Positions 43,901-54,038 of a stretch of DNA of 64,000 bases are shown piece after piece. Origin of the DNA: Gammaproteobacteria bacterium. GTDB taxonomy: Bacteria; Pseudomonadota; Gammaproteobacteria; Eutrophobiales; Eutrophobiaceae. Position numbers and translations under genes: made by a program. Below the pieces are notes generated by a model, which ran no database searches, had not been told where the DNA came from, and saw nothing but the letters and a program-made list of their open reading frames with translations. The stretch is from contig OZ250183.1 in NCBI GenBank assembly GCA_965238225.1, forward strand, positions 1,600,001 to 1,664,000, written 5' to 3'. Each line of letters begins with the position of its first letter. The first letter of the stretch is position 1.

Positions 43901-45396
43901 ATGAAGCGCCCAGATTAATTTCATTAAGCTACGAAAGACTCGCTAAAATCCAATTTGATGCGAAGAAATATGCAAATGCGGTAAAATTTTCTGATGAAGG
44001 TCTCAAATTCGACCCTGATAACATTGATCTGGAAACTGCCAGAGCAGATTATATTGTCGAAGAAAATATCATCGATTTGACCCAGAAATTTAAATCATCA
44101 ATTAGATTTAATATAGATGATATATACAGAAAGATCGAGGACATAGAAATATCCAACCCCCTTAGATACAGTAAATTCAAGAGGGATTCTATTAAAATTC
44201 TGGTAGACCGCATCAATAAAAAACTAAATAATAATGAAAAAGATGCTGCTGCGGTGATCGTAGCAAATGCAGTAATATTCTTCCCTAGCAACGCCGAACT
44301 TGAAAAACTCAAAAGTGGTCTGAAACTTAAACCGTGGCCAAATACTATGATTGCAAAGGAAGCCTTGGACGCAGGCGAGCTCACCGAAGCAAAGAAAATA
44401 TTACAGAATGCTCTAAAAAAATTTCCTACACATCCTACCGTTAATAGATTCAAGACTTCATTAGAGACCAAAATTACACAAGCAAATAAGAACTTTGATA
44501 GATTTAAGGCTGAAAAAGATACGGCAGGAACAGATTATAAAAAATTGAACAAAGCCAAGAAATTTCTCTCTCGTGCTCAGCGTTTTTGGATGGATAGTCC
44601 TGTTTTTGACGAAGCCGAGGTGGCGCTGGATAAATTAATTAATAAATACAAGCCAACCTCAAAAAAGGTAATTGCTAGAGAAGTGATCAATCTGGAATCC
44701 TTTGACATAGAAAAACCTGAGACTGCCCTAAGAAAATGGAGACCAATCGACAGTGGTCGGAGTTGTAAGAAAAGACTTGCAGGTTATGGTAAACGCTCCA
44801 AGGCTGTTTGCTACGATTTTATATACTCGGGTTTGCGCGGGCCTTTTATGGTAGTGGTACCTACAGGAGGTGAATTCAGCAGTCATTTTGCCATCAGTAG
44901 GTATGAAATTTCCGTACAGGACTACAGCAAATACTGTCTTATTTCTAAATCATGCCCACAAGAAAAAAATAAAAATCTCTTCAATAACCCAATCACTGGT
45001 ATTGCACTTACTGAAGCAAAAGCCTATGCAGAATGGATATCTAAACGCACTGGCAAAACCTATCGCCTACCAACAGCAAGCGAGTGGGAATATGCAGCAC
45101 AAGCTGCAGGCAATAAAAAGATGAAGAAAAATTACAACTGTAGAGTTATCATTAACAATAAGATCGTTAAAGGTACAGGGCTTGTTAGTGTTAAAACAGG
45201 ACAACCCAATGATTGGGGCTTAAAGCATATGATTGGCAATGTTCAAGAATGGGTCATTGATGGAGATAAGGTGGCTGCTCGGGGCGGCGCTTTTGAAGAT
45301 GTACATTCCAAATGCAAAGTCTCGTTTAGCAAAGAACATAGCGGAATGGCTGACGACGTGACTGGTTTTCGCCTGATGTTGGAAGAAGTAAAGTAG
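40996..45396 (+). CDS. Membrane Ser/Thr kinase with C-terminal FGE-sulfatase (SUMF1-like) domain
   Basis: LGIGGMGKVY, AIK, HSDLKPGN, DFG, TPAYAS; single TM; helical region; YRLPTASEWEYAA, PNDWGL, GNVQEW, TGFRL. Confidence 0.92.
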   Translation: MANFKTALEALAKGNMDIDALTKQLLVLLDEAPQHANLMLSQLDEIHDQKIISDQDYTKLKGHINEYRRDHSVETETGTHADDEATVFAHKPDTQDDADDKTQVISSNEGNTQESGVTGFDVTSGTDMGGTDIDLSDIHSPSTISVTETSDATWSEPSTQSPEAQTTALGPGSIIKQRFKLIDVLGIGGMGKVYKGLDLLKEEAKDKKPYCAIKLLNEDFKDHPEAFISLQRESSRQQKLAHPNIATIYDFDRIAGPGTPVYITMELMEGMELKDYIKKTVKKQNGLPFDEAFPMIKQMVDALAYAHDKRLVHSDLKPGNAFLCNDGTVKILDFGIARAVKNPVTGETEKTLFDPGKLGALTPAYASYEMLEGEEPDTRDDTYALGCMAYELLTGNHPFNKLPANKAKENKLKPPMVKGLKKKQNRALQRAIAFERKDRSPTIEHFLKELENKYIWYKSPSTIAAVFAVVISLGGTAPLLNYMNQRNIDRMITDINTGTPQVIVDRLEAINEFETTDQREIIDGAKAAIQDHFSEKIGKLTDTTGDKYDFPEAGLVLARVGKLYPDSSFYLEQSKHIETSKNQKLSTLYSKYSAALSGSSALLDNTKTILERIKTQIDPMDSLLTDPRASNQYRLLAQSAFDQGDLKQATTLITSGIALTDSSIKIAREKEQLASQDEQLQLQAEQLKYEQSLAQLKDVKNKIETKVDIIALEERLGIQSTRLASLIDYQKIKTDVIELTELNPESNTLTSIAASMQNTVTQELVKILTSGNREDAEVFVNEYGDILNALHLNKELTEMKLAHFQGARRSAEIRAIVNTHTSTIDESLKSPNIEDLKWESKILTSVGELDVLSKEDPSAADDLKTIRQKIAQLYIGAAQKTLDAERFYVAKNFINKGRRFAPDDAKISSMSATIEQAEVAYETTYKKKLLVDGLIVEFETKTKANDIAGALDYFKQLEKEIPDNVFVTDEAPRLISLSYERLAKIQFDAKKYANAVKFSDEGLKFDPDNIDLETARADYIVEENIIDLTQKFKSSIRFNIDDIYRKIEDIEISNPLRYSKFKRDSIKILVDRINKKLNNNEKDAAAVIVANAVIFFPSNAELEKLKSGLKLKPWPNTMIAKEALDAGELTEAKKILQNALKKFPTHPTVNRFKTSLETKITQANKNFDRFKAEKDTAGTDYKKLNKAKKFLSRAQRFWMDSPVFDEAEVALDKLINKYKPTSKKVIAREVINLESFDIEKPETALRKWRPIDSGRSCKKRLAGYGKRSKAVCYDFIYSGLRGPFMVVVPTGGEFSSHFAISRYEISVQDYSKYCLISKSCPQEKNKNLFNNPITGIALTEAKAYAEWISKRTGKTYRLPTASEWEYAAQAAGNKKMKKNYNCRVIINNKIVKGTGLVSVKTGQPNDWGLKHMIGNVQEWVIDGDKVAARGGAFEDVHSKCKVSFSKEHSGMADDVTGFRLMLEEVK

Positions 45397-45443
45397 GTAA
45401 AAGAATAAACTAGACTAGACTCAAACAAATAAAGTCAATATTA

Positions 45444-46196
45444 ATGATGAGAGATTTACGCGACCTTGCAGAAGAATACGCCCAAAATGTGATTGACAAA
45501 GCGAGCTATCGCAAAGCTAGGAGCGAGCTAATTCAAGGAATTTGTGCCAAGAAAATTAAAATCAAGGCACGTCAATACTTAACGCCACTTAAAACTGTGA
45601 CTGATGAGTTAAGTAAAACAAAAGAAAATACTATTCTTCAACCCTCTAAGCTGAACAAGAACACTACGCCAACATCAAAAAGACCGGCGCAAAGCTACTC
45701 ATCTCCTTGGGAGAACAAGCATAAAAATATCCTTATTAGTGCAGCAATCATCGTTTGCCTGTGTGTCGTCGTACTATTAATTTTATTGACACCTAAAAGC
45801 GACCCTAATAAAAACCATATCCCAACTGCCGACATTGGTAAGCAGGAAATCCAGTCACACACAGGTCAAAATTTAATTATTGATTTTATCCAGAAGAAAA
45901 ATTGGACAGAGGATAGTCTAGGTTTATTTGTCACGTCGTGGCGTAAGCTCGCAAATGCAGAACGAGCCGCTGCGCAAAACAGTCCAGAAATGAAAAGACT
46001 CATTAATGTTATCTACCAACAACTTCTAAGTGAGCGCGCCTTGCTAGGCTTGGGTGATGTTAAAAACGCGGTCGCCAATCAACGAATATTGGTTAATTTT
46101 GTAGAACATTTGGGAATAGATGATGAACGATTCACTATTACCGAGCCCAAACTCCCTCTTGATACCGAAATTCTTACAGAAAAAACTGCAAACTAA
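45444..46196 (+). CDS. Hypothetical bitopic membrane protein
   Basis: 250-aa ORF co-directional with the kinase, one strong TM (ILISAAIIVCLCVVVLLILL), SHOCT-like N-terminus. Confidence 0.7.
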   Translation: MMRDLRDLAEEYAQNVIDKASYRKARSELIQGICAKKIKIKARQYLTPLKTVTDELSKTKENTILQPSKLNKNTTPTSKRPAQSYSSPWENKHKNILISAAIIVCLCVVVLLILLTPKSDPNKNHIPTADIGKQEIQSHTGQNLIIDFIQKKNWTEDSLGLFVTSWRKLANAERAAAQNSPEMKRLINVIYQQLLSERALLGLGDVKNAVANQRILVNFVEHLGIDDERFTITEPKLPLDTEILTEKTAN

Positions 46197-46355
46197 ATTA
46201 AAGTCTGTTGGCAAAAAAATAACAGAAACTGTAAACACCATTGCAAAAAAGCACTAGAAGCAGATACATTAAACTTCCAGCAGTTTATCTAATTTTATGA
46301 ATTCACGTCATTTACAATGCGCAAGCAAAGTGAATTATAAATACAATAATTATTT

Positions 46356-47111
46356 ATGAAAAATACCACCGAAAATATTGATTTTTCTGAAAAATCTAAA
46401 TTTGATGCGCTCGCTTCAAAGTGGTGGAATGCTGATGGTGAATTACAAACCCTGCATGACATAAATCCAACGCGCCTTGCTTACATAGAAAACCATATTG
46501 ACTTAACAGACAAGAAAGTCTTGGATGTTGCCTGTGGCGGAGGCTTGCTGTCAGAAGCTTTGGCATTAAAAGGTAGTTTAGTGACAGGTATTGACATCAG
46601 TGAACCGCTTGTAAAAGTTGCAAATGATCATGCCAGACAAGCAGATCTAAACATTGCCTATCACTGTAAAACAATTGAAGATTTTTCTTCCGATCACGAA
46701 AACATTTTCGATGTTGTTACCTGTATGGAATTACTTGAACATGTCCCTTGCCCAAAATCTATCATTAACGCGTGCATGCGTGTCATTAAACCAAGCGGAT
46801 TACTTTTTTTATCCACAATTAATAGAAATTTAAAGGCTTATCTTCAAACTAAAATTACAGCTGAATATTTATTGAGATTACTGCCTGTGGGAACGCATGA
46901 ATATTCAAAATACATTCGTCCGTCTGAGCTTGCTTTGTTGTGCAGAATGTCTAAATTTACAGTCATTAATATATCAGGAATCTCATATCTCCCTTTCATA
47001 AGACAGTGCCACTTAAAAAATTCACCAGATGTAAATTATATCTTATGTGCTCAAGCTTCATATGACCAATCCGGCAACATAAATTGCGCGCGGGCAAAAG
47101 ACCAAACATGA
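46356..47111 (+). CDS. ubiG: Ubiquinone biosynthesis O-methyltransferase
   Basis: KFDALASKWW, LHDINPTR, LDVACGGG, CMELLEHVP, STINRN. Confidence 0.95.
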   Translation: MKNTTENIDFSEKSKFDALASKWWNADGELQTLHDINPTRLAYIENHIDLTDKKVLDVACGGGLLSEALALKGSLVTGIDISEPLVKVANDHARQADLNIAYHCKTIEDFSSDHENIFDVVTCMELLEHVPCPKSIINACMRVIKPSGLLFLSTINRNLKAYLQTKITAEYLLRLLPVGTHEYSKYIRPSELALLCRMSKFTVINISGISYLPFIRQCHLKNSPDVNYILCAQASYDQSGNINCARAKDQT

Positions 47112-47776
47112 TTACAAGTGTCTTTTTTGATCTTGACGGTACCCTTGCAGATACCGCGCTAGATTTGACGAATGCCTTAAACCAGGTGCTTCATGAACAA
47201 GGAAAACCTAAGCTATCTCTAGAGTTTATTAAACCCGCAGTGGCTCTTGGAAGTAATGCCATAGTAAAACTGGCGTTCTCAATCGAAGAGGATGATCCTG
47301 AATTTGACAAGCTCAAAGAACGTTTTCTTAAAGCCTATCAACAAAGGCTACATCAAGACACATATATTTTTTCAGGAATGTACCAAGTACTTGATTACCT
47401 CGAAGGGAACAATATGACATGGGGCATAGTGACCAATAAACCAGAATGGTTAACCAAGCCTGTCATAAAACAATTGCAACTTGCCCAAAGAGCCGCTTGT
47501 ATTATAAGCGGCGATACTACTCGATATCAAAAACCACATCCTGGATCGATACTGCATGCCTGTGATGTTACACAAAGCGACCCTGAAACATCGCTTTATA
47601 TTGGAGATGCCCTAAGAGATATTGAGGCAGGTCGTGCTGCCGGAATGAGAACACTGGTAGCTTGCTATGGCTATATAGCCAAAAATGAAAATCTGCAAAC
47701 ATGGAATGCTGATGGATACATTGCAAAGCCAGAAGAAATTATTGACTGGCTCAAAATAGAAAACAGACATGCCTAA
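47108..47776 (+). CDS. HAD phosphatase (phosphoglycolate phosphatase/MupP-like)
   Basis: FDLDGTLADT, WGIVTNKP, KPHP, YIGDALRDIEAG; usual ubiG neighbour. Confidence 0.9.
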   Translation: MITSVFFDLDGTLADTALDLTNALNQVLHEQGKPKLSLEFIKPAVALGSNAIVKLAFSIEEDDPEFDKLKERFLKAYQQRLHQDTYIFSGMYQVLDYLEGNNMTWGIVTNKPEWLTKPVIKQLQLAQRAACIISGDTTRYQKPHPGSILHACDVTQSDPETSLYIGDALRDIEAGRAAGMRTLVACYGYIAKNENLQTWNADGYIAKPEEIIDWLKIENRHA

Positions 47777-47784
47777 TGAAATAA

Positions 47785-47991
47785 GGGGCTGTCCCAGAAA
47801 CCAGTCCATTTCCTCTTTATCTCATTGTTTTAACAGGTTAAAAATTTGATATTAATGTATGTTTGTGTAGTTTTTTCTTATTAAAACGCCCTCACATTCC
47901 TTAAAAATAGCAGGAAATACGCTTTGGGAATACCATTAAATCTTCTTATATGTCATTTTGCCTAGTTCCAGAAATTCTCTATGTCGTTAAA
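47785..47991 (-). pseudogene. IS1595/IS1016 transposase C-terminal fragment plus right end
   Basis: FNDIENFWN*AK*HIRRFNGIPKAYFLLFL(shift)ECEGRFN...LLKQ* matches my recollection of the IS1016 C-terminus INGIENFWNQAKRHLRKFNGIPKxHFxLYLKECExRFN. Confidence 0.85.
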
Positions 47992-48003
47992 CAGGGCTAA
48001 ATA

Positions 48004-48031
48004 ATAAAGAGATCTGCATAGATCCCTTTAT
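48004..48031 (-). terminator. Terminator-like hairpin after RTX copy 1
   Basis: ATAAAGAGATCT...AGATCCCTTTAT, a variant of the hairpins at 53956 and 60856. Confidence 0.55.
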
Positions 48032-48105
48032 TGTTATTGTCTTAACTTAAACCTTTTATTTCACTTAACTCTTTATCTAAGCTATATCTGGTGTAATTTA
48101 AGATA

Positions 48106-51100
48106 TTAGGCAGTTTGCCATGTTTCAGTCAATACTGTTTGCAGGTTATCAGCAACATCTTGCGTTATGACATTACCTGCACCAAGTGGTACATCATAAG
48201 CTGCCATGGCATTGACTAATTTGTAGACATCATCTTGTAGTAACACTGATGAATCAGTTGTGATGCTGTCCAGCTTGTAGTCATTCTCTCCTCAGTTGGA
48301 AGAACCATAAAAAGGTTGGTACAGTTTTCGTTTCGTACCAACCGCTCACTGTCGCTTGATCATTGGTTCCAGCGATGGTGATTAGTAAGTCTGCATTATC
48401 ACCACGACTAAACCACAAGTCTTCTACTGATACATTGTCAAATTGTAATATATCATTACTCGCTGAGTAGTCCGTATCATAATTATAAATGGTTGTATTA
48501 CCGTCACCTAAAGAAAACAGATAAGTATCGTTACCGTCATCTCCAGTCAGATAATCCTGTCCTGCACCACCACTTAAGGTATCGTCACCAGCACCTCCCC
48601 ACAAGTAATCGTTACCGTTACCTCCGTACAGGGTATCGTTACCTGCATCACCACTTAAAGTATCGTCACCGATTAGCCTCCGCTATAAGGTAATCGTCAC
48701 CGATACCGCCATACAGAGTCATCGATGCCGTCATCTCCGTATCAAGGTATCGTCACCGGTACCGCCGTTCAAGGTATCGTTACCGTCACCGCCGTCTAAG
48801 ATATCATTATCGTTACCGCCGTATAGTGTATCTATGCCGTTTTGTCCGTACAGGGTATCGTTACCGTTACCTCACGAACTTAAGAGTATCCGTCACCAGA
48901 GCCACCGCCTAGTACATCATCACCGTTTTGTCCGTACAGCTTATCGTCACCGTCACCGCCATTTAAGGTATCGTTATCGTTACCGCCGTATAGTGTATCT
49001 GTGCCGTCACCGCCATTTAAGTTATCGTTGCCGTTACCGCCATATAAGTAATCACGACCGTTGCCGCCGTCTAAGGTATCGCTACCGTTAAATCCGTATA
49101 GTGTATCTGTGCCGTCACCGCCATTTAAGTTATCGTTGCCGTTACCGCCATTTAAGTAATCGTCACCGTCACCGCCGTACAGGGTATCGTTATTGTTACC
49201 GCCGTATAGGGTATCGTAACCTGTGCCACCACTTAGTACATCATCGCCGTTTTGTCCATACAGCTTATCGTTATCGTTATCGCCGTTTAAGGTATCGTTA
49301 TCGTTACCACCGTATAGGGTATCTGTGCCACTACCGCCACTTAAGGTATCGTTGCCAGTCCAGCCGCCTAAGATATCGTTACCCGCACCGCCTTCAAGCA
49401 CATCATCGCCGTTTTGTCCGTACAGGGTATCGTTACCGTCATCACCGTACAGGGTGTCGTTATGGTCACCGCCGTATAGGGTATCATCGCCGTTTTGTCC
49501 GTACAGGGTATCGTAACCTGTACCACCACTTAGTACATCATCACCGTTTTGTCCATATAAGTAATCGGTATCGGCACCTCCGTACAAATAATCGTCACCG
49601 TTACCGCCGTCTAAGGTATCGTGATGGTCACCGCCGTATAGGGTATCTGTACCGTCCTGTCCATACAGGGTATCGTAACCTGCATCACCACTTAGTACAT
49701 CATCACCGTTTTGTCCGTACAGGGTATCGTCACCGTTATCACCGTTTAAGGTATCGTTATCGTTACCACCGTCTAAGATATCGTTATGGTCACCGCCGTA
49801 TAGGGTATCATCGCCGTTTTGTCCGTACAGGGTATCGTAACCTGTACCACCACTTAGTACATCATCACCGTTTTGTCCATATAAGTAATCGGTATCGGCA
49901 CCTCCGTACAAATAATCGTCACCGTCACCGCCGTCTAAGGTATCGTGATGGTCACCGCCGTATAGGGTATCTGTGCCGTCCTGTCCATACAGGGTATCAT
50001 CACCTGTACCACCGTTACCACCGTCTAAGGTATCGTTAGTTACCGCCGTATAGGGTATCTGTGCCGTCCTGTCCATACAGGGATATCATTACCATCATCT
50101 CCAGACAAGGTATCGTGACCGTCATGTCCAGACAAGGTATCGTCACCTGTACCTCCAGACAAGATATCGTTACCATTGTTTCCATTCAAGATGTCGTTAC
50201 CAGCACCTCCAGACAAGTAATCATGACCATAACTGCCTTCAAGCACATCATCGCCGTTTTGTCCATACAGCTTATCATGACCGTCAGCACCGTATACGGG
50301 GTGGTATAAGGGATCATCATCGTAGTGACCGCCACTACCGTACAGGATATCGTTACCATCACCCCCATACAAGATATCGCTACCGCTATAGCCTCTCAAT
50401 ATATCGTTATTACTAGAACCATTGATGATGTCATCTCCATGGCCGCTTGTTGCCAATACGTTGGCATCTATATATGCCTTTGTCCATACAGTACCATCAG
50501 CAAACTCAGTTTGGTCTATTTGGAACCTTTGGAAAAGGTAGGAATTTTCATAGGGAAAGTAATTTTGAATCGTTATAGTTTTTGTCGTGTTATTATCATC
50601 ACTTACTTGTAATAGAAGATGATCATATGCGCGAAATATTTGAACATCCGTGGCGGCAATACCTTCTCCAAATTTCAAGATATCTGTGCTACTGCCTAGG
50701 ACACCGTCAGAGCCTACATCGGCATTATAAATAGTTGTATTACCGTCACCTCGAAAAAATAAATAAGTATCGTCACCGTGGTTTCCTTGCATGTAGTTTG
50801 TACCTTTGCCGCCGCTAAAGATATCGTTACCGCGACCTCCATACAAGGTATCGTTACCATCACCGCCATTCAAGACATCGTTGCCATTACCGCCGTATAG
50901 GGTATCGTTACCAGTACCCCCATTCAAGGTATCGTCACCGGTATCTCCAGACAAGATATCGTTACCGTCACCGCCGTACAGGGTATCGTTATGGTCATTT
51001 CCAACCAAGATATCGTTACCGCCACCGCCGTACAGGGTATCGTTACCCCCACGACCTTCTAATAGATCATTACCATCACCACCATTGATAGTGTTATCGT

Positions 51101-53456
51101 TCTCGTCGCCTATAAGCAAGGCGGCATCTATCTGTGTCGATGTCCATACAGTACCATCAGCAAACTCAACTTGGTCTAATCGGTAATCATCCCTGAAGTG
51201 ATCGTAAATCGTTATAGTTTCTGTTGTGTTATCAGCACCACTTACTTGTAATAGAAGATCATTATCTACGCGAGTTGTTTGAACATCTGTGGTAGCAATG
51301 CCTTGTCCAAGTTGCAAGGTATCTGTGCTATTGCTTGTATCAAGGTTATGAATGCTTGTATCACCGTCACCTAGAGAAAATAGATAAGTATCGTCACCCT
51401 TATCTCCAACTAAGACATCTGTACCAGAACCGCCGCTAAAGATATCGTTACCGCGACCTCCATACAAGGTATCGTCACCGTCACCTCCGCTTAAGGTATC
51501 GTTGCCGTCTTGTCCAGACAGGACATCATTACCGTTATCTCCAGACAAGGTATCCGTACCGGAACCGCCGCTTAAGAAATCGTCACCGGCACCTCCATAC
51601 AAGGTATCGTCACCGTCAGTTCCATTCAAGGTATCGTTACCAGCAAGACCTTCCAGTAGATCATTACCATTGCTACCATTGAGAATATCATCGTTCTCAG
51701 AACCTCTTAACGAGTTTGTTGGCAATGTCCATACAGCACCATCAGCAAACTCAATTTGGTCTAATTGGTTATCATCATTTAGGAAGTGATCTATAATCGT
51801 TATAGTTTCTGTCGTGTTATCAGAGCTACTTACTTGTAATAGAAGATTATTACCTACGCGAGTTGCTTGAATGTCTGTGGTAGCAATACCTTGTCCAAGT
51901 TGCAAGGTATCTGTGCTTACGCCTGTATCGTAATTATGAATGGTTGTATCACCGTCACCTCGAGAAAATAGATAAATATCGTTATCGTTACCGCCATACA
52001 AGGTATCCGTACCAGAGCCACCGCTTAGTACATCATCGCCGTTTTGTCCGTACAGGGTATCGTCACCCGCACCGCCGTTTAAGTAATCGTCACCGTTACC
52101 TCCATTTAAGGTATCGTTATCGTTACCGCCGTATAGCTTATCGTTGCCAGCATAACCTTCCAGTAGATCATTACCACTACCACCATTGAGAGTGTCATCG
52201 TTCTCAGAACCTCCTAACGAGGTTGTTGGCAATGTCCATACAGTACCATCAGCAAACTCAACTTGGTCTAATAGGTAAGAATTACCTAGGAAGTGATCTT
52301 GAATCCTTATAGTTTCTGTTGTGTTATCAGAGCCATTTACTTGCAATAGAAGATTATTATCTATGCGAGTTACTGAACATCTGTGGTAGCAATACCTTGT
52401 CCAAATTGCAAGGTATCTGTGCTGTTGTCTGTATCATAATTATAAATGGTTGTATCACCGTCACCTTTGGAAAACAGATAAGTATCGTTACCGCTAACTC
52501 CAATTAAGATATCCGTACCTGCACCGCCGCTTAATGTATCGTCACCAGCACCTCCAACCAGGGTATCGTTACCGCTACCTCCATTTAGGGTATCGTACCA
52601 GTACCACCACTTAGTAATATCGTCACCGCACCTCCATACAGGGTATCGTTACCGTCACCTCCGTACAGAGTATCGTTACCAGCACCACCATTATAGAGGC
52701 ATCGTTACCAAGATTCACCGCCATATAGGGTATCATGTACCGTTTTGCACCTACAGGGTATCGTTACCTGTGCCGCCGCTTAAGTACATCATCGCCGTTT
52801 TGTCCAACCAAGGTATCGTCACCGTCACCACCGTATAGGGCATCGTTATGGTCACCGCCGTATAGGGTATCTGTACCGTTTTGTCCGTACAGGGTATCGT
52901 AACCTGTACCACCACTTAGTACATCATCGCCGTTTTGTCCATAATAGGGTATCGTCACTGTTATCGCCGTTATAAAAGGTATCGTTACCGTCACCACCGT
53001 CTAAGATATCGTTATCGTAAACCGCCGTATAGTGTATCTGTACCGTTTTGTCCGTACAGGGTATCGTAACCTGTACCACCACTTAGTACATCTTGTCGCC
53101 GTTTTGTCCATATAAGGTAATCGGTATCGGCACCTCCGTACAAATAATCGTCACCGTCACCGCCGTCTAAGGTATCGTTATCGTACACCGCCGTATAGGG
53201 TATCATCGCCGTTTTGTCCATACAGGGTATCGTCACCGTTATCGCCGTTTAAGAAATCGTCACCGGCACCTCCATTCAAGGTATCGTTACCGGCACCCCC
53301 TTATAGAACATCATCACCGTTTTGTCCATACAAGGTAATCGTTGCCGGCATTTCCATACAGGGTATCGTTACCAAAGCACCTGGTGAATTCAGGGTATCG
53401 TCGCCATCATTTCCTTCTAATCGATCATCCCCACTATCACCATTAACATTAGCCAT
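48106..53456 (-). pseudogene. RTX calcium-binding repeat protein, copy 1 (multiple frameshifts)
   Basis: Starts [15 protein letters not shown] at 53456. GGxGxDxLx repeats occur in ORFs 50040-52346, 48880-50076 and 48281-48604. Its C-terminus is near-identical to copy 2 (...[10 protein letters not shown]). The indels may be assembly errors. Confidence 0.85.
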
Positions 53457-53860
53457 AATAATATTCCTGTTATTTATACGTTTTATAAAAGGTTGGTTAT
53501 TTGTAAGTTTAATCTTTTTTAAATCTTCTTAACGTTACGGTACAACAATAGTGCTATACAGCGTTCAATCATTAGCCGATATCTTGTTTGCATTTTTGTT
53601 GTCAAAAAGGTATTTAAAGATAAATCCTGTCAATGTTTTGCGTATTTATCTGTGTTTAAGGCTATATCCTTTAATGTACAACTTTTGCTATCACTAAATT
53701 GTGATACCCAAATAGGGTACCCTAAAAAAACGTTATACGAAAGTGGCAAATACATTAAATGTTGATTTAACTTTAGATACATAACATGCCTTATATAGGC
53801 ATTGCACCACTAATATTGTGGGGGGGTATGACCACAAGGTTGGTGAAAAAGTTCCACACC
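53451..53860. repeat. ~410-bp RTX upstream (promoter/RBS) region, copy A
   Basis: Near-identical to 60087-60492 (AGCCATAATAATATTCCTGTT...AAGTTCCACACC). Confidence 0.92.
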
Positions 53861-53955
53861 GAAATGTAGAATTAGAGGTTAAATAAGATAATATTAAAGG
53901 GATCTAGATAGGATAAAGACAGGACTAAATGTAGAATTAGAGGTTAATAAATAAT

Positions 53956-53981
53956 ATAAAGGGATCTGTAGATCCCTTTAT
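53956..53981 (-). terminator. Terminator hairpin after RTX copy 2
   Basis: ATAAAGGGATCT-GT-AGATCCCTTTAT with an AT-rich tail on the minus strand. Confidence 0.65.
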
Positions 53982-54038
53982 TGTTATTGTCTTAAACTTA
54001 AACCTTTTATTTCACTTAAATCTGCTGTGATTAAGCTA

